Origin: Gammaproteobacteria bacterium
GTDB taxonomy: Bacteria > Pseudomonadota > Gammaproteobacteria > Eutrophobiales > Eutrophobiaceae
DNA length: 64,000 nucleotides
Direction of reading: 5' to 3'
Assembly: GCA_965221695.1 (NCBI GenBank)
Contig: OZ244905.1
Location: 3,200,001-3,264,000 of the forward strand
Shown: piece by piece, positions 49,281 to 58,493 of the stretch
How the letters are laid out: every line of letters begins with the position of its first letter
How positions within the stretch are numbered: the stretch's first letter is position 1
Program-made: the position numbers and the translations under genes
Notes under the pieces: model-generated
Database searches by the model: none
What the model was told of the DNA's origin: nothing
The model's input: the letters and a program-made list of their open reading frames with translations, nothing else

Positions 49281-49539
49281 CTTTCCTTAATTGCTCCAGC
49301 ACTTCCTTCCTGATATCTTCCGGCGTTTGTTGGCTCAATCCGCTTTTTTCTCCCTCAATCAGAGCAAGGCGGATTGCTTCGATTCCGGTATTGCGGTTTT
49401 GCCGCTCGCGAATGAGATCACTGATCACCTCGCTTTCCGAGCGGTATTGGCCACTGGCGACCTGGGCTTTTAGCCATTCATTATGGGTATCTGTAAAGGT
49501 AATACTCTTTCTGGGACTGGCGCTGTCATTGTGAGTCAA
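49258..49539 (-). CDS. parD: ParD-family antitoxin (CC2985-like)
   Basis: KSIT.T....EW...QV.SGQY.SESEVI.DLIR...IR.ALIEGE.SG. Confidence 0.85.
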   Translation of the reverse strand: MTHNDSASPRKSITFTDTHNEWLKAQVASGQYRSESEVISDLIRERQNRNTGIEAIRLALIEGEKSGLSQQTPEDIRKEVLEQLRKDGMLPTQ

Positions 49540-49599
49540 TTAATGGTGCGACTATGCACCAGAATTGCATTTGTTGTAAACACATTACGTATAGCTCCA

Positions 49600-49731
49600 G
49601 TGGTAGAAGGGACAAACCTGACCAACGATTTCCACGCGATAAACGGTTTCCCGTCAGGTCTGGGCGGTCGCGGTTACTACATCAATACCCCGCGTACCGT
49701 GATAGGCAGGTTGAGCTATAACTTTTTCTGA
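49600..49731 (+). pseudogene. C-terminal fragment of a TonB-dependent receptor
   Basis: VVEGTNLTND...YYINTPRTVIGRLSYNFF*, with no upstream coding sequence. Confidence 0.65.
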
Positions 49732-49766
49732 TGCGGTAGAATTCTGTTTTTATAAAGGAAGTGATT

Positions 49767-51371
49767 CTATTTGCGAGGGTCAATCTCCTGCTTTTCCAGG
49801 AGCGTGATTAGTGGCTGGAGATGTTTCTCATATTTCTTCCATCTTCCGATGGAAGATTGATATATGGGTTGTCTTATCTGTACCGCGCTGGCGGTGCTGG
49901 ATGGCGCCGAACTTTTATGAAATTGCAGGCACGCGTCCTGCCAATTCAATCTGCAAAACTCTATGATGCCGTGACTGACTTCTTCCTGGCGCATCACTAA
50001 TTCTTCATACTGAATCTCCAGGATGCTTTCTCCAAGCGTTTTTTTCCAGTGTTCCATCAGCCTGTGCCATACCACGAAATACTTTGCCAGATCATTTAAA
50101 TCATAGGCGAATGGATAAGACGCGGTAAACATGGTCTTGTACATGGAAAAACATGAATCCATGGCGTTACGACTTAACGCGATGATTTTGGCATTCGGGA
50201 GCGCCGCATGTATCAGGCCGCAATACAGGTAATTTAACGGCATCTTATCGATAAACATCGGCGTATGCCCGGTTCGTGGTCGCGTTGCTTCGATATAGGA
50301 ATGCCCCAATGACTTCATGTCGATATCCAGACTGGCTTCAACCATTTCTGTCCTGGAAAGGCGTTGTCTGCCATTCATTCCAGCGATTGCTTTGATAAGC
50401 TGTGCCGCAAATTCAGTGAGTTCGCCGGCGGGATAGACGTCACTATGGTTTGCGATAATTCGTTCTACCAGTGTGGTGCCGCTGCGTGGAAGGCCGAGCA
50501 CGAAAATGGGTTCATCGGATTCATCCCCGCTCTTCAGATTCTGTAGAGCGTCGCGGGTATGAGTTGAGATGATCTTTTCCATGACTTCAATATCCTGGTC
50601 AACATCGTATTGCATATGCTGGTGTTTCAGCGCGCATGCCGAGTTGAAATATGCAAACGCGCCGTCATAGTCCTCTATGTCCTCCTTCTCTTTCCCAAGC
50701 GCAAACCGGATAAGCATTTCGTCCTGCCAATTGTCCAGGCCATCCTGCAGGAGTTGTTCCATCTCGTCTATATGATTCGATTCAAGGGTCCAATGTCCGA
50801 GATCAGAACGAATGTAATGTGCTTTGCAGTCCCTGGGATTTATACGGATTGTCTTTTCCAGATTTTGCCGGGCCTTACCCAGTTGTCCGGTCATACGCTG
50901 ACATGCGGCAAGATTATACAGGAACAATGGATTATCGGGGTCGGCGCTTACCGCTTTTTCAAAAAGCGGTAATGCTTTCAACTGCTCATCAGCAAAGGTG
51001 TAGATACTTCCCAATGAATCCAGAATTGCAGGATCAGCCGGACTGAGTCTCACTGCCTTATCAGCCGATGAGATAGCGCCGGATTTGTTGCCGGACGCGA
51101 TGTAGCAGCGCCCGAGCAGGGCCCAATAAAAGGGTTTGTCCGGTTCAAGCCTGACCGCCTGACTTGCGCATTCGACAGCGTTGTTAAGGGCGCCGCGACC
51201 AAGGTTGATCTCGCTCAGAAGATACCAGCCCCGCGGGTCGCGCCGGTACCGATTTATATGTTCGTTACAAAGCCCAATAGCATCTTGTGAACGTCCTGTA
51301 CGCCAGAGCCTGACCGCTTGTTCGTAAAGCCTGCTGCTTTCAGCAGCTTTTATGGGTTTATTCCGGAGCAA
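49767..51371 (-). CDS. TPR-containing sulfotransferase family protein
   Basis: N-terminal TPRs; PIFVLGLPRSGTTLVE, FIDKMPLN, YEELV, TASAVQIRQPIY.SSIGRW. Confidence 0.9.
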   Translation of the reverse strand: MLRNKPIKAAESSRLYEQAVRLWRTGRSQDAIGLCNEHINRYRRDPRGWYLLSEINLGRGALNNAVECASQAVRLEPDKPFYWALLGRCYIASGNKSGAISSADKAVRLSPADPAILDSLGSIYTFADEQLKALPLFEKAVSADPDNPLFLYNLAACQRMTGQLGKARQNLEKTIRINPRDCKAHYIRSDLGHWTLESNHIDEMEQLLQDGLDNWQDEMLIRFALGKEKEDIEDYDGAFAYFNSACALKHQHMQYDVDQDIEVMEKIISTHTRDALQNLKSGDESDEPIFVLGLPRSGTTLVERIIANHSDVYPAGELTEFAAQLIKAIAGMNGRQRLSRTEMVEASLDIDMKSLGHSYIEATRPRTGHTPMFIDKMPLNYLYCGLIHAALPNAKIIALSRNAMDSCFSMYKTMFTASYPFAYDLNDLAKYFVVWHRLMEHWKKTLGESILEIQYEELVMRQEEVSHGIIEFCRLNWQDACLQFHKSSAPSSTASAVQIRQPIYQSSIGRWKKYEKHLQPLITLLEKQEIDPRK

Positions 51372-51439
51372 ATTTTACTATGCCGTTGTTCAGATTAGAC
51401 CAGTTTCATGAATTAATTGCCGTCGTGACAGATGGTGTA

Positions 51440-52696
51440 TTATTTTATTATCAATTCCAGCGGCAGTTCGGAAAACTTTTCACAGCCGGTTTCCGTTACC
51501 ATGATGCTTTCACTGTAACCAATACCGTATTGCCGGTATTTCATGTTTGTCGGGGGCATGTGAAAGGTCATGCCGGGTTGCAGCTCACGTTCCTCCCCCT
51601 GGCGCAGTGATAGGATTTCACCCTCGCCCCAGTCCGGCGGATAATTGATGCCGATGGAATATCCCAGCCGGTTACGATAGTTATCTCCAAATCCAAGCCT
51701 GCGCACGAAACTGCGCACATGCTCATCACATTCATGCGATGTCCGTCCCGGCCTGATAAAAGCCAGGGCCTCACCGACGGCATCGATCAACGCCCGGGCG
51801 CAGTCAAGCATTTCCTGTGCCGGATTGCCCAGGAAGATGGTGTACATGCGCGCGCAGCAATAACGGTGTTGTGAAGCTGAAATTTCGAAGAACATTACAT
51901 CATCCTGTTTCAGCATGTTGCTGCCGCCGGTCTGGTGCGGCAGGCAACTGCGTTCACCGGCCAATACGAAAGGCGGCAGGCCCATGTATTCTCCGCCGTT
52001 TTCAAAAATGGTCTTATTGACGATGGCGTTGATGGCGTCGGCTGAGACACCGGGCGCCGAAGCGTTCCAGCCAGCTTGCATGGCCTTGTCGACGATGGTT
52101 GAAGACTTGCGCATCACTGCGATCTCTTCGTGGGATTTAATCATGCGGGCATCCCAGAGCGCTTGGGTGGCATCGGTGAACTCCGCCTGCGGCAAATCCT
52201 TGCGCAGACTGTCATGCTCCTCCACGGTGTAGTAAAAACCCTGCTTTTCCACGCCGATGCGCTTTCCCTCCAGCCCCAGTTCCAACAGTACGCCGGCTGT
52301 GACCGAAGGCGGGTGATCATCTTCTTCCACCAATACCGAACGGGTTATCCAACTGTATTCCGGGACATTGAGGATCTCATAGCTGCGGATGACGAACACG
52401 GGATCCTGATCCGGTGTAACCACGATGCAATGATATTTATAGTAACCAGGGGTTTCATAACCACAAAGGTAAGTGATATTCTCCGGGCCACGCACCAACA
52501 GCGCATCGAGTCCCTCGGCTTCCATCCGCGCCAGTATCTTGTCATAGCGGCGCTGGAATTCCTCCAGGCTGAAGGCCAGGCGGTCGCTGTGAGCAAAGGT
52601 GATGGTATGGCCGTTCGCCAGTGTGCGCGGTTGCTTCCGGACTTCCGCCTCGGTTGCAATATCATAGACGTCGATTACAGGTTTGAAGATAGCCAC
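51440..52696 (-). CDS. M24/creatinase-fold amidohydrolase, ectoine hydrolase (EutD/DoeA)-like
   Basis: FSLEEFQRR, NITYLCGY, R.IKS.EEI, LPH, FFEI, RLGYSIGINYPPDWGE, L.PGMTFH. Confidence 0.75.
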   Translation of the reverse strand: MAIFKPVIDVYDIATEAEVRKQPRTLANGHTITFAHSDRLAFSLEEFQRRYDKILARMEAEGLDALLVRGPENITYLCGYETPGYYKYHCIVVTPDQDPVFVIRSYEILNVPEYSWITRSVLVEEDDHPPSVTAGVLLELGLEGKRIGVEKQGFYYTVEEHDSLRKDLPQAEFTDATQALWDARMIKSHEEIAVMRKSSTIVDKAMQAGWNASAPGVSADAINAIVNKTIFENGGEYMGLPPFVLAGERSCLPHQTGGSNMLKQDDVMFFEISASQHRYCCARMYTIFLGNPAQEMLDCARALIDAVGEALAFIRPGRTSHECDEHVRSFVRRLGFGDNYRNRLGYSIGINYPPDWGEGEILSLRQGEERELQPGMTFHMPPTNMKYRQYGIGYSESIMVTETGCEKFSELPLELIIK

Positions 52697-52730
52697 GATA
52701 TACTCCTTGATGTCTGGTTGATTATATTTT

Positions 52731-52760
52731 GGAAGCTCTAACTTAATCTCTGAGCTTCTT
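52731..52760 (+). repeat. Degenerate terminal-hairpin remnant of the five-hairpin element
   Basis: GGAAGCTCTAA-CTTAA-TCTCTGAGCTTC. Confidence 0.55.
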
Positions 52761-52778
52761 TTTCATTATAATGCTGAC

Positions 52779-53543
52779 ATGCCTGAAACTTCCAAACTTG
52801 ATATAGATTATAACCTCGATAACGGCCCGGCAACTTACCGGATCGGTCTTATCGTGATGGATACGGACGAAACGTCCGAGTGGGATTTCCAACGATTGTT
52901 GCCCGCTGACGGCGAAGTAATATTCTATGCCACAAGGATAACGACTGTGAATCCGGTCACTCTGGACAACCTGCGCAGACATGGACCGCAACTGGCCCGT
53001 TCTGCGTCCCTGTTGTTGCCCAACGTTGATTTGGATGCGATTGTTTATAGCTGCACTTCAGGTACCGTAGCCATGGGATTTGCGGAGGTACAGGCCCAGG
53101 TTCAGCAGGGAAGACCGCAGGCGCCGGTCATCACCCCGATTACTGCCGCGATAGCAGCCTTTCGGCAACTGCGCATTGATACGATATCCCTGTTGACGCC
53201 TTATCTTGACCCGGTGAATCAGTCAATGTGTGAATTCATCGAAAAAAACGGTGTTGCTGTGAAGAATATAAGCAGTTTCTGCGAGCAAAGTGACGTGGAC
53301 ATAGCCCGCATCCCGCCTGCGGCGATTATTGAAGGGGCACGTTCATGCTATCGGCAGGGAAGTGATGCCTTGTTTATTTCCTGTACTGCCTTGCGGGCCG
53401 CCGCACAAGCGAGCAGACTTGAGGCGGAACTGGGCGTGCCTGTGCTCACCAGCAACCAGTGCATGTTCTGGCAGGCCCTGCGCACGGCCGGTTACCGCAA
53501 GCCGCTATCCAGCCATGGCCGGATACTGGAAACGTCCGGTTGA
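52779..53543 (+). CDS. Asp/Glu racemase-maleate isomerase family protein, EutA-like
   Basis: RIGLI...TD.T.E.DF, NP.T..NLR, YSCTSG, LLTPY, FISCTALRA, TSNQ. Confidence 0.8.
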   Translation: MPETSKLDIDYNLDNGPATYRIGLIVMDTDETSEWDFQRLLPADGEVIFYATRITTVNPVTLDNLRRHGPQLARSASLLLPNVDLDAIVYSCTSGTVAMGFAEVQAQVQQGRPQAPVITPITAAIAAFRQLRIDTISLLTPYLDPVNQSMCEFIEKNGVAVKNISSFCEQSDVDIARIPPAAIIEGARSCYRQGSDALFISCTALRAAAQASRLEAELGVPVLTSNQCMFWQALRTAGYRKPLSSHGRILETSG

Positions 53544-53571
53544 TCGCGCGCCTCCCGGAAGCTTCCGGTTG

Positions 53572-54345
53572 TTATTGGCCTATAGTGCGATCCCGACCGA
53601 TGATCTTCATCAGCAGTTGAGCTGGCGGACCTGCTAGAGCCCCTCCATCCACGACGATTGATTGGCCGGTAATATAGGCGCTTTCATCAGCGGCCAGGAA
53701 GTGGAATACACCGGCGATATCGTCGGTTGAACCTATGCGGCCCAACGCCGTGAGGGCATTGCTCAAGTTCTCTCCTTCATCGCCACTGCCCATGTCAGTA
53801 TCAATATAGCCGGGACATACGGCATTAACTCGGATCCTGCGCGGGCCAAGTTCCAGAGCGGACATGCTTGTCAGGCTGAGGACGGCTTTTTTCGCTGCGC
53901 TGTATACCGCAGTGCCGATCATGTTCTTGAAAGCCGCTGCTGAAGAAGTATTGATGATGGAACCGCCGTCGTTCATGTGCGCGGGGGCATGTTTCAAACC
54001 GTACAACACGCCCCACTGGTTGATGCGCGTGACTTTTTCAATCAGCCATTGTTCGGTCTCTTCGATCTTCGGGCCGATATCGCCGACGCCGGCATTATTG
54101 CAAACGATATCGAGCCTGGCGCCGAGGAAGTCGACGGTTTCAGCCAGGGCTCGAGCCAAGCTTTTTTCATTGCCGACATCGACCGTGACAAACGTTGCGC
54201 CAATTTCTTCCGCAACCCGGGCGCCATCCTCAATATCGGCGATAACAACCCGTGCGCCGGCCTGGATGAAGCGGGCGGCCACAGCCCGACCGATACCGCG
54301 CTTGCCGCCCGTGATAAACGCCGTTTTGCCTTGCAGGGAAAACAT
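53572..54345 (-). CDS. Short-chain dehydrogenase/reductase
   Basis: TGGKRGIG, CNNAG, YSAAK, RVNAVCPG. Confidence 0.92.
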   Translation of the reverse strand: MFSLQGKTAFITGGKRGIGRAVAARFIQAGARVVIADIEDGARVAEEIGATFVTVDVGNEKSLARALAETVDFLGARLDIVCNNAGVGDIGPKIEETEQWLIEKVTRINQWGVLYGLKHAPAHMNDGGSIINTSSAAAFKNMIGTAVYSAAKKAVLSLTSMSALELGPRRIRVNAVCPGYIDTDMGSGDEGENLSNALTALGRIGSTDDIAGVFHFLAADESAYITGQSIVVDGGALAGPPAQLLMKIIGRDRTIGQ

Positions 54346-54424
54346 GATTAAACCTTCCTCTATAAATTGCTGAGACGATAATTATGGGATCAGGACAGAC
54401 AACCGTTATTTTAGTTTATCATTT

Positions 54425-54453
54425 TTAACACTTTACTGGCTCCTGAGTATAAT
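54425..54453 (+). promoter_or_regulatory. Sigma70 promoter immediately upstream of element copy B
   Basis: TTAACA (54425-54430), 17 bp spacer, TATAAT (54448-54453). Confidence 0.7.
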
Positions 54454-54454
54454 A

Positions 54455-54617
54455 TAAAGGAAACTCTGAACAAGTCCATCCTGGACTTGTCAGAGTACGG
54501 AAAACAAAAATGCGATTTTTGTTTTCCTCACAATATCAATGCCTTACAGTCATTGATATTGACGATACATCCTTGTATCGTAGGAACCTCTGAGACTTAA
54601 TCTCAGAGGTTCCTAAA
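54455..54617 (+). mobile_element. Five-hairpin MITE-like element, copy B (155 bp, 54459-54613), flanked by TAAA direct repeats
   Basis: Reverse-complement homolog of 26752-26902, with the same five stems and termini. Confidence 0.85.
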
Positions 54618-54725
54618 TTTGGAGAGGGATGTAGTCGTCCTGAGACAATGAAAGTTTTTGCGGGACTTACAAGGATCCGGAGCGCCTGAATTGTAGTATG
54701 CAACAATCCCGGAGGGTAATGAGAT

Positions 54726-56432
54726 ATGGCAAAAATTCATGGCGGTGAAATACTTGTTCGAGCGCTTCTAGCAGCGCGGATAGATACCTTGTTTGGTCTT
54801 GAAGGCGGTCATATCGATTTGATTATCCATGCCGCCCGCGACGCCGGCTTCAAGAGCATTGATGTGCGGCATGAGGCGGTTGCAGGTTATGCTGCTGACG
54901 CTTATATCCGCACCTGTGGCAAACCGGCCGTATGCGTAACGACTGCTGGTCCGGGGTTTGCCAATGTGATTACGGCCATTGTCAGTTCTTACCTGGATCG
55001 CATTCCAGTATTGCATGTAGCTGGTGCGGTGCCACTCAGAGAAGCTGAAACCAATGCGCTGCAAGGTGATTTTGATCAAGTGGCCATGGTGCGCCCTGTA
55101 ACCAAGTGGGCTGAACGGGCGACGTCTGTGGAAATGATTGCGCCACTGGCATACGCCGCTATCAAGGCCATGTTTGCGGGGGCGCCTGGACCGGCGTTTC
55201 TGGAAATTCCGATTGATGTGCTGTTTTCCGAAATTGAGGAGGATTCCATTGAGATTTCCTCCCTGGCGCCTGTATCGCCACGTCCTGCGCCGGGAGCAGT
55301 TGAGTTGGCGCGCGCCATGTCGTTACTGGCAAAGGCCAGGCGTCCTGCCATACTGGCAGGCAGCGGCGCGATATTATCGCAGTGTTCGGAACAACTGCAG
55401 CAATTTGCCGAACTGGCTTCGACCCCGGTGTTCACAAATATCAAGGCGCTTGGCATTCTCCCGGGAAAGCATCCGTTGGCCTGCGGTAGTTTTACCAATC
55501 TTGCGCGCAGTTCGCTGGAACCGGATGTCATATTGATCCTGGGCGCCCGCAATGGAATGTACATGGGTGGGCCGACTCACGCCGTCATCCCTGCCGATGC
55601 AAAGATTATCCATGTGGATGTGGATTTCCGGGAAATTGGTCGAATGCACCCGGCCGATGTCCCTATCGTCGCAGATTGCCGGGAAACACTATCGGCAATG
55701 CTCAAAGAGAAGGTTGCCTGGCCCGAGCGCGCCGATTGGGTTGCCCAGGCAAAGAGGGCAGGGGATTGGCGCCGGGAGCGATACGGCCACGCGCTGACTG
55801 ATGAAGAGTTGCCTATGCATCCATACCGGGTCGCGGCTGTGATTGCCGAATACATCAATGACAGAACTGTTATTGTTCAGGACGGTGGTGATACAGGAGG
55901 CTGGGCGGAGATCACCGTTTCAGAGAAAATCCCCGGTCCTGGAAAACATCTTGCCATCGGGTACTTGGGAAATCTTGGCATGCACCAGGGGTTTGCGATT
56001 GCCGCCCAGTGTGCCTATCCGGATCACAAGGTAATTTGCCTGACCGGAGACGGCGCGGCAGGGTTCCAACTACAGGAGTTCGACACCATGGTACGTCATA
56101 ACCTGCCTATCATCACGGTCGTATTCAATAATCTTGCCTGGGGAATGAGTTACGAATTTCAGATAAGGCAGGAACACGGCTTGTCATGGGTGGAGTTGCA
56201 AGATAACCTGCGCTATGACTTGGTATGCGAAGCATGTGGCGGTCACGGTGAATTTGTTCAGACTGCGGCAGAATTGAAACCCGCGCTCGAACGCGCGCTC
56301 GCATCCTCCAGGCCGGCCTGTATAAACGTTATGTGCAGATCGGTGGCATCGCCTAAAACAGAGGCCTTCATGCAGGCGGAAGGTGTAGACGACATCATTC
56401 TTCCCTACTACCAGAATCTGAAGCGCAGTTGA
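54726..56432 (+). CDS. ThDP-dependent enzyme, benzaldehyde lyase / 2-hydroxyacyl-CoA lyase-like
   Basis: GGE..VR.L, FGL.G.HID, RHEA.AG.AA..Y.R, ETN.LQ, YLG.LG, GDGAAGF...NN.AWG. Confidence 0.8.
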   Translation: MAKIHGGEILVRALLAARIDTLFGLEGGHIDLIIHAARDAGFKSIDVRHEAVAGYAADAYIRTCGKPAVCVTTAGPGFANVITAIVSSYLDRIPVLHVAGAVPLREAETNALQGDFDQVAMVRPVTKWAERATSVEMIAPLAYAAIKAMFAGAPGPAFLEIPIDVLFSEIEEDSIEISSLAPVSPRPAPGAVELARAMSLLAKARRPAILAGSGAILSQCSEQLQQFAELASTPVFTNIKALGILPGKHPLACGSFTNLARSSLEPDVILILGARNGMYMGGPTHAVIPADAKIIHVDVDFREIGRMHPADVPIVADCRETLSAMLKEKVAWPERADWVAQAKRAGDWRRERYGHALTDEELPMHPYRVAAVIAEYINDRTVIVQDGGDTGGWAEITVSEKIPGPGKHLAIGYLGNLGMHQGFAIAAQCAYPDHKVICLTGDGAAGFQLQEFDTMVRHNLPIITVVFNNLAWGMSYEFQIRQEHGLSWVELQDNLRYDLVCEACGGHGEFVQTAAELKPALERALASSRPACINVMCRSVASPKTEAFMQAEGVDDIILPYYQNLKRS

Positions 56433-56474
56433 TTCCCTCCGAAACCGGCTCCGAGTAGATGCGGAGACTTCGGG

Positions 56475-57728
56475 TTAGTCTTGGCCCCGCATCAGCAGCA
56501 ATACTGTCTGAAGCAGCACATTGGCTCCTTGTTCCAGGTGTCGCCAGTCCGTATTCTCGTCTCTCCGGTGGCTGCGTCCTCCCTTACTGGGGACAAAAAT
56601 CATCCCGCTGTCAGTGATGCGACTTAGGTTCTGTGCGTCATGCAGCGCTCCCGAGGGCATGTTGTGGGCAGAGATCCCCAATCCGTCGCAGGCGGTAGTT
56701 ATGCTGTTCCGCACCCGTGTTGACATCTGTGCAGCGCTTGCTTCAGGTATGTTTTCAAAGCGCACTTCCAAACGGTGTTTTGCTGCAATATCCTTCGCCA
56801 GGTTTATGGTTTCCTTTGCGAGTCTCTGCTTGGCGGCGTCTTCAACCTCGCGGATCTCCTGGAATAGCCTGACCTCTCCCGGCACGATATTGTGTGATTG
56901 TGGTTTCAACTCGACAATGCCATAAGTGATCCTAACGCGCCCGGGGGTGCCATGCTTGAGCACATGGGCGCGGGCCCGTGTGCAAAATTCCGCTGCCCCG
57001 GTGAATGCGTCACGGCGCAAGTCCATGGGTGTGGTGCCGGAATGGTTGGACTCACCCGTAAAGGTGATCCACAGGTTACTGTTGCCGGCGATCGCTTCCA
57101 CGTTGCCGATGGACAGGCCCAAGGCTTCCAGCACAGGGCCTTGTTCTATGTGTAATTCCACATAGGCTGAAATTTCATCGGGTTGGCGTATGGCCCGGGC
57201 TGCATCAGCCGCTTCAAAGCCGGCAGACTGCATGGCAGTCGTCAGAGGTTCGCCGGCGGCATTTCTGGCGTTGTAGAGTTCATCCATATCCAACAGGCCG
57301 CAAACCGCTTTTGAGCCCAGGGCATCGAAGAAATGGCCTTCCTCGTCCACGAAGGCCACGCATTCGAAAGCCATCGGTAAACGTATTGCCTGTTGCTTCA
57401 ATACGCGCGCTACTTCCAGGGCGGCCAACACGCCATAAGCGCCGTCCAGCGGTCCGCCGTCGGGCACGGTGTCGATATGTGACCCGGCCATGATGCAGGG
57501 CACGTCATCCGCGCCGATACGGCCAATCACATTGCCTACGGCATCATTGCGATTTGCGATCCCGGCTTCGGTGAGGCGGGAACGCAGCCAGGCCCTGGCC
57601 TCCTCGTACTGCGGGGAAAAAGCGGGGCGAAACAAGCTCCCTTGACTATTGCGGCCGATGGCAGACAACGAGTCGATATCAGCGCGCAGCGTTTCTGCAT
57701 TGATGCGTAGAGATTGCCAGTCGGTCAT
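56475..57728 (-). CDS. Zn-dependent M20 amidohydrolase (N-carbamoyl-amino acid/allantoate amidohydrolase family)
   Basis: GSHIDTVPDGG.LDG..GV, DEEG, ELHIEQGPVLE, HSGTTPM, SGA.HDA, SH..DE. Confidence 0.9.
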   Translation of the reverse strand: MTDWQSLRINAETLRADIDSLSAIGRNSQGSLFRPAFSPQYEEARAWLRSRLTEAGIANRNDAVGNVIGRIGADDVPCIMAGSHIDTVPDGGPLDGAYGVLAALEVARVLKQQAIRLPMAFECVAFVDEEGHFFDALGSKAVCGLLDMDELYNARNAAGEPLTTAMQSAGFEAADAARAIRQPDEISAYVELHIEQGPVLEALGLSIGNVEAIAGNSNLWITFTGESNHSGTTPMDLRRDAFTGAAEFCTRARAHVLKHGTPGRVRITYGIVELKPQSHNIVPGEVRLFQEIREVEDAAKQRLAKETINLAKDIAAKHRLEVRFENIPEASAAQMSTRVRNSITTACDGLGISAHNMPSGALHDAQNLSRITDSGMIFVPSKGGRSHRRDENTDWRHLEQGANVLLQTVLLLMRGQD

Positions 57729-57746
57729 ATCAGCTAATTGTATTGC

Positions 57747-58493
57747 TCAGCCCATGTACAAACGACCCAGTTCAACGCGTTGTTGCGGCGCGCCGGCCAA
57801 CCGCAGGAGCTCCCAGAGACTGACGGAATTGGCTGTCAGTACGGGTTTGCCCAATTTCTCTTCAAGTCCGGCGATGAGGTGGAAGGTGGGCAAGGCGGTA
57901 TCCGGGACTAGAATGGCTTCCGCATCGGGGTGGTCAACCGCACATACCGCTTCCTCTACCTGTGCGGCCGGGATCAGCGCCGCATCCCAGCCACTGAGTA
58001 TGTCCAGGCACTGTATGTTTACCGTATGCTTGTTTCGGTGTTCTAGAAACGTTATAAACTTGGCGCTTACCGGTTCCGGGTAACTTGCCATGATGGCGAC
58101 CCGGTTCAGGTTTAACGTATCCAATGCGTGAATGAATGCCAGTGAGGTGGTGCTGGCAGGGCAGCCGGCTGCCTTGCCGATGGCTGAGGCCTGCTCCCTG
58201 GACCATTCATAGCCGCCGACAAAACTGGCGCTGGTACAAGCCCAGATCACCGCGTCCGGGTTCAGTTCCTCTAGTTTGCCGCCGGCAATGCCCAAGGCCG
58301 TTATGTCTCCGCTTTTCAGCAGTGAAGCTACATCATGATCCCTGTCCTCTCCATACAGACGAGTTGTGACCAGGAATATCCTGACCGCGCCGCCGGTTGC
58401 TTCGGCGAACCTGTAATAGTCCTGTTCGCCGCCTCCCACGGGATAGATGACCCCGAGCCTTGTGACTTTTTCTTCCACGTCAGTGTTGCGCAA
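57747..58493 (-). CDS. Maleate isomerase/arylmalonate decarboxylase family protein
   Basis: WACTSASF, PASTTS.AF, VPDTAL, LGKPVLTAN. Confidence 0.8.
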   Translation of the reverse strand: MRNTDVEEKVTRLGVIYPVGGGEQDYYRFAEATGGAVRIFLVTTRLYGEDRDHDVASLLKSGDITALGIAGGKLEELNPDAVIWACTSASFVGGYEWSREQASAIGKAAGCPASTTSLAFIHALDTLNLNRVAIMASYPEPVSAKFITFLEHRNKHTVNIQCLDILSGWDAALIPAAQVEEAVCAVDHPDAEAILVPDTALPTFHLIAGLEEKLGKPVLTANSVSLWELLRLAGAPQQRVELGRLYMG

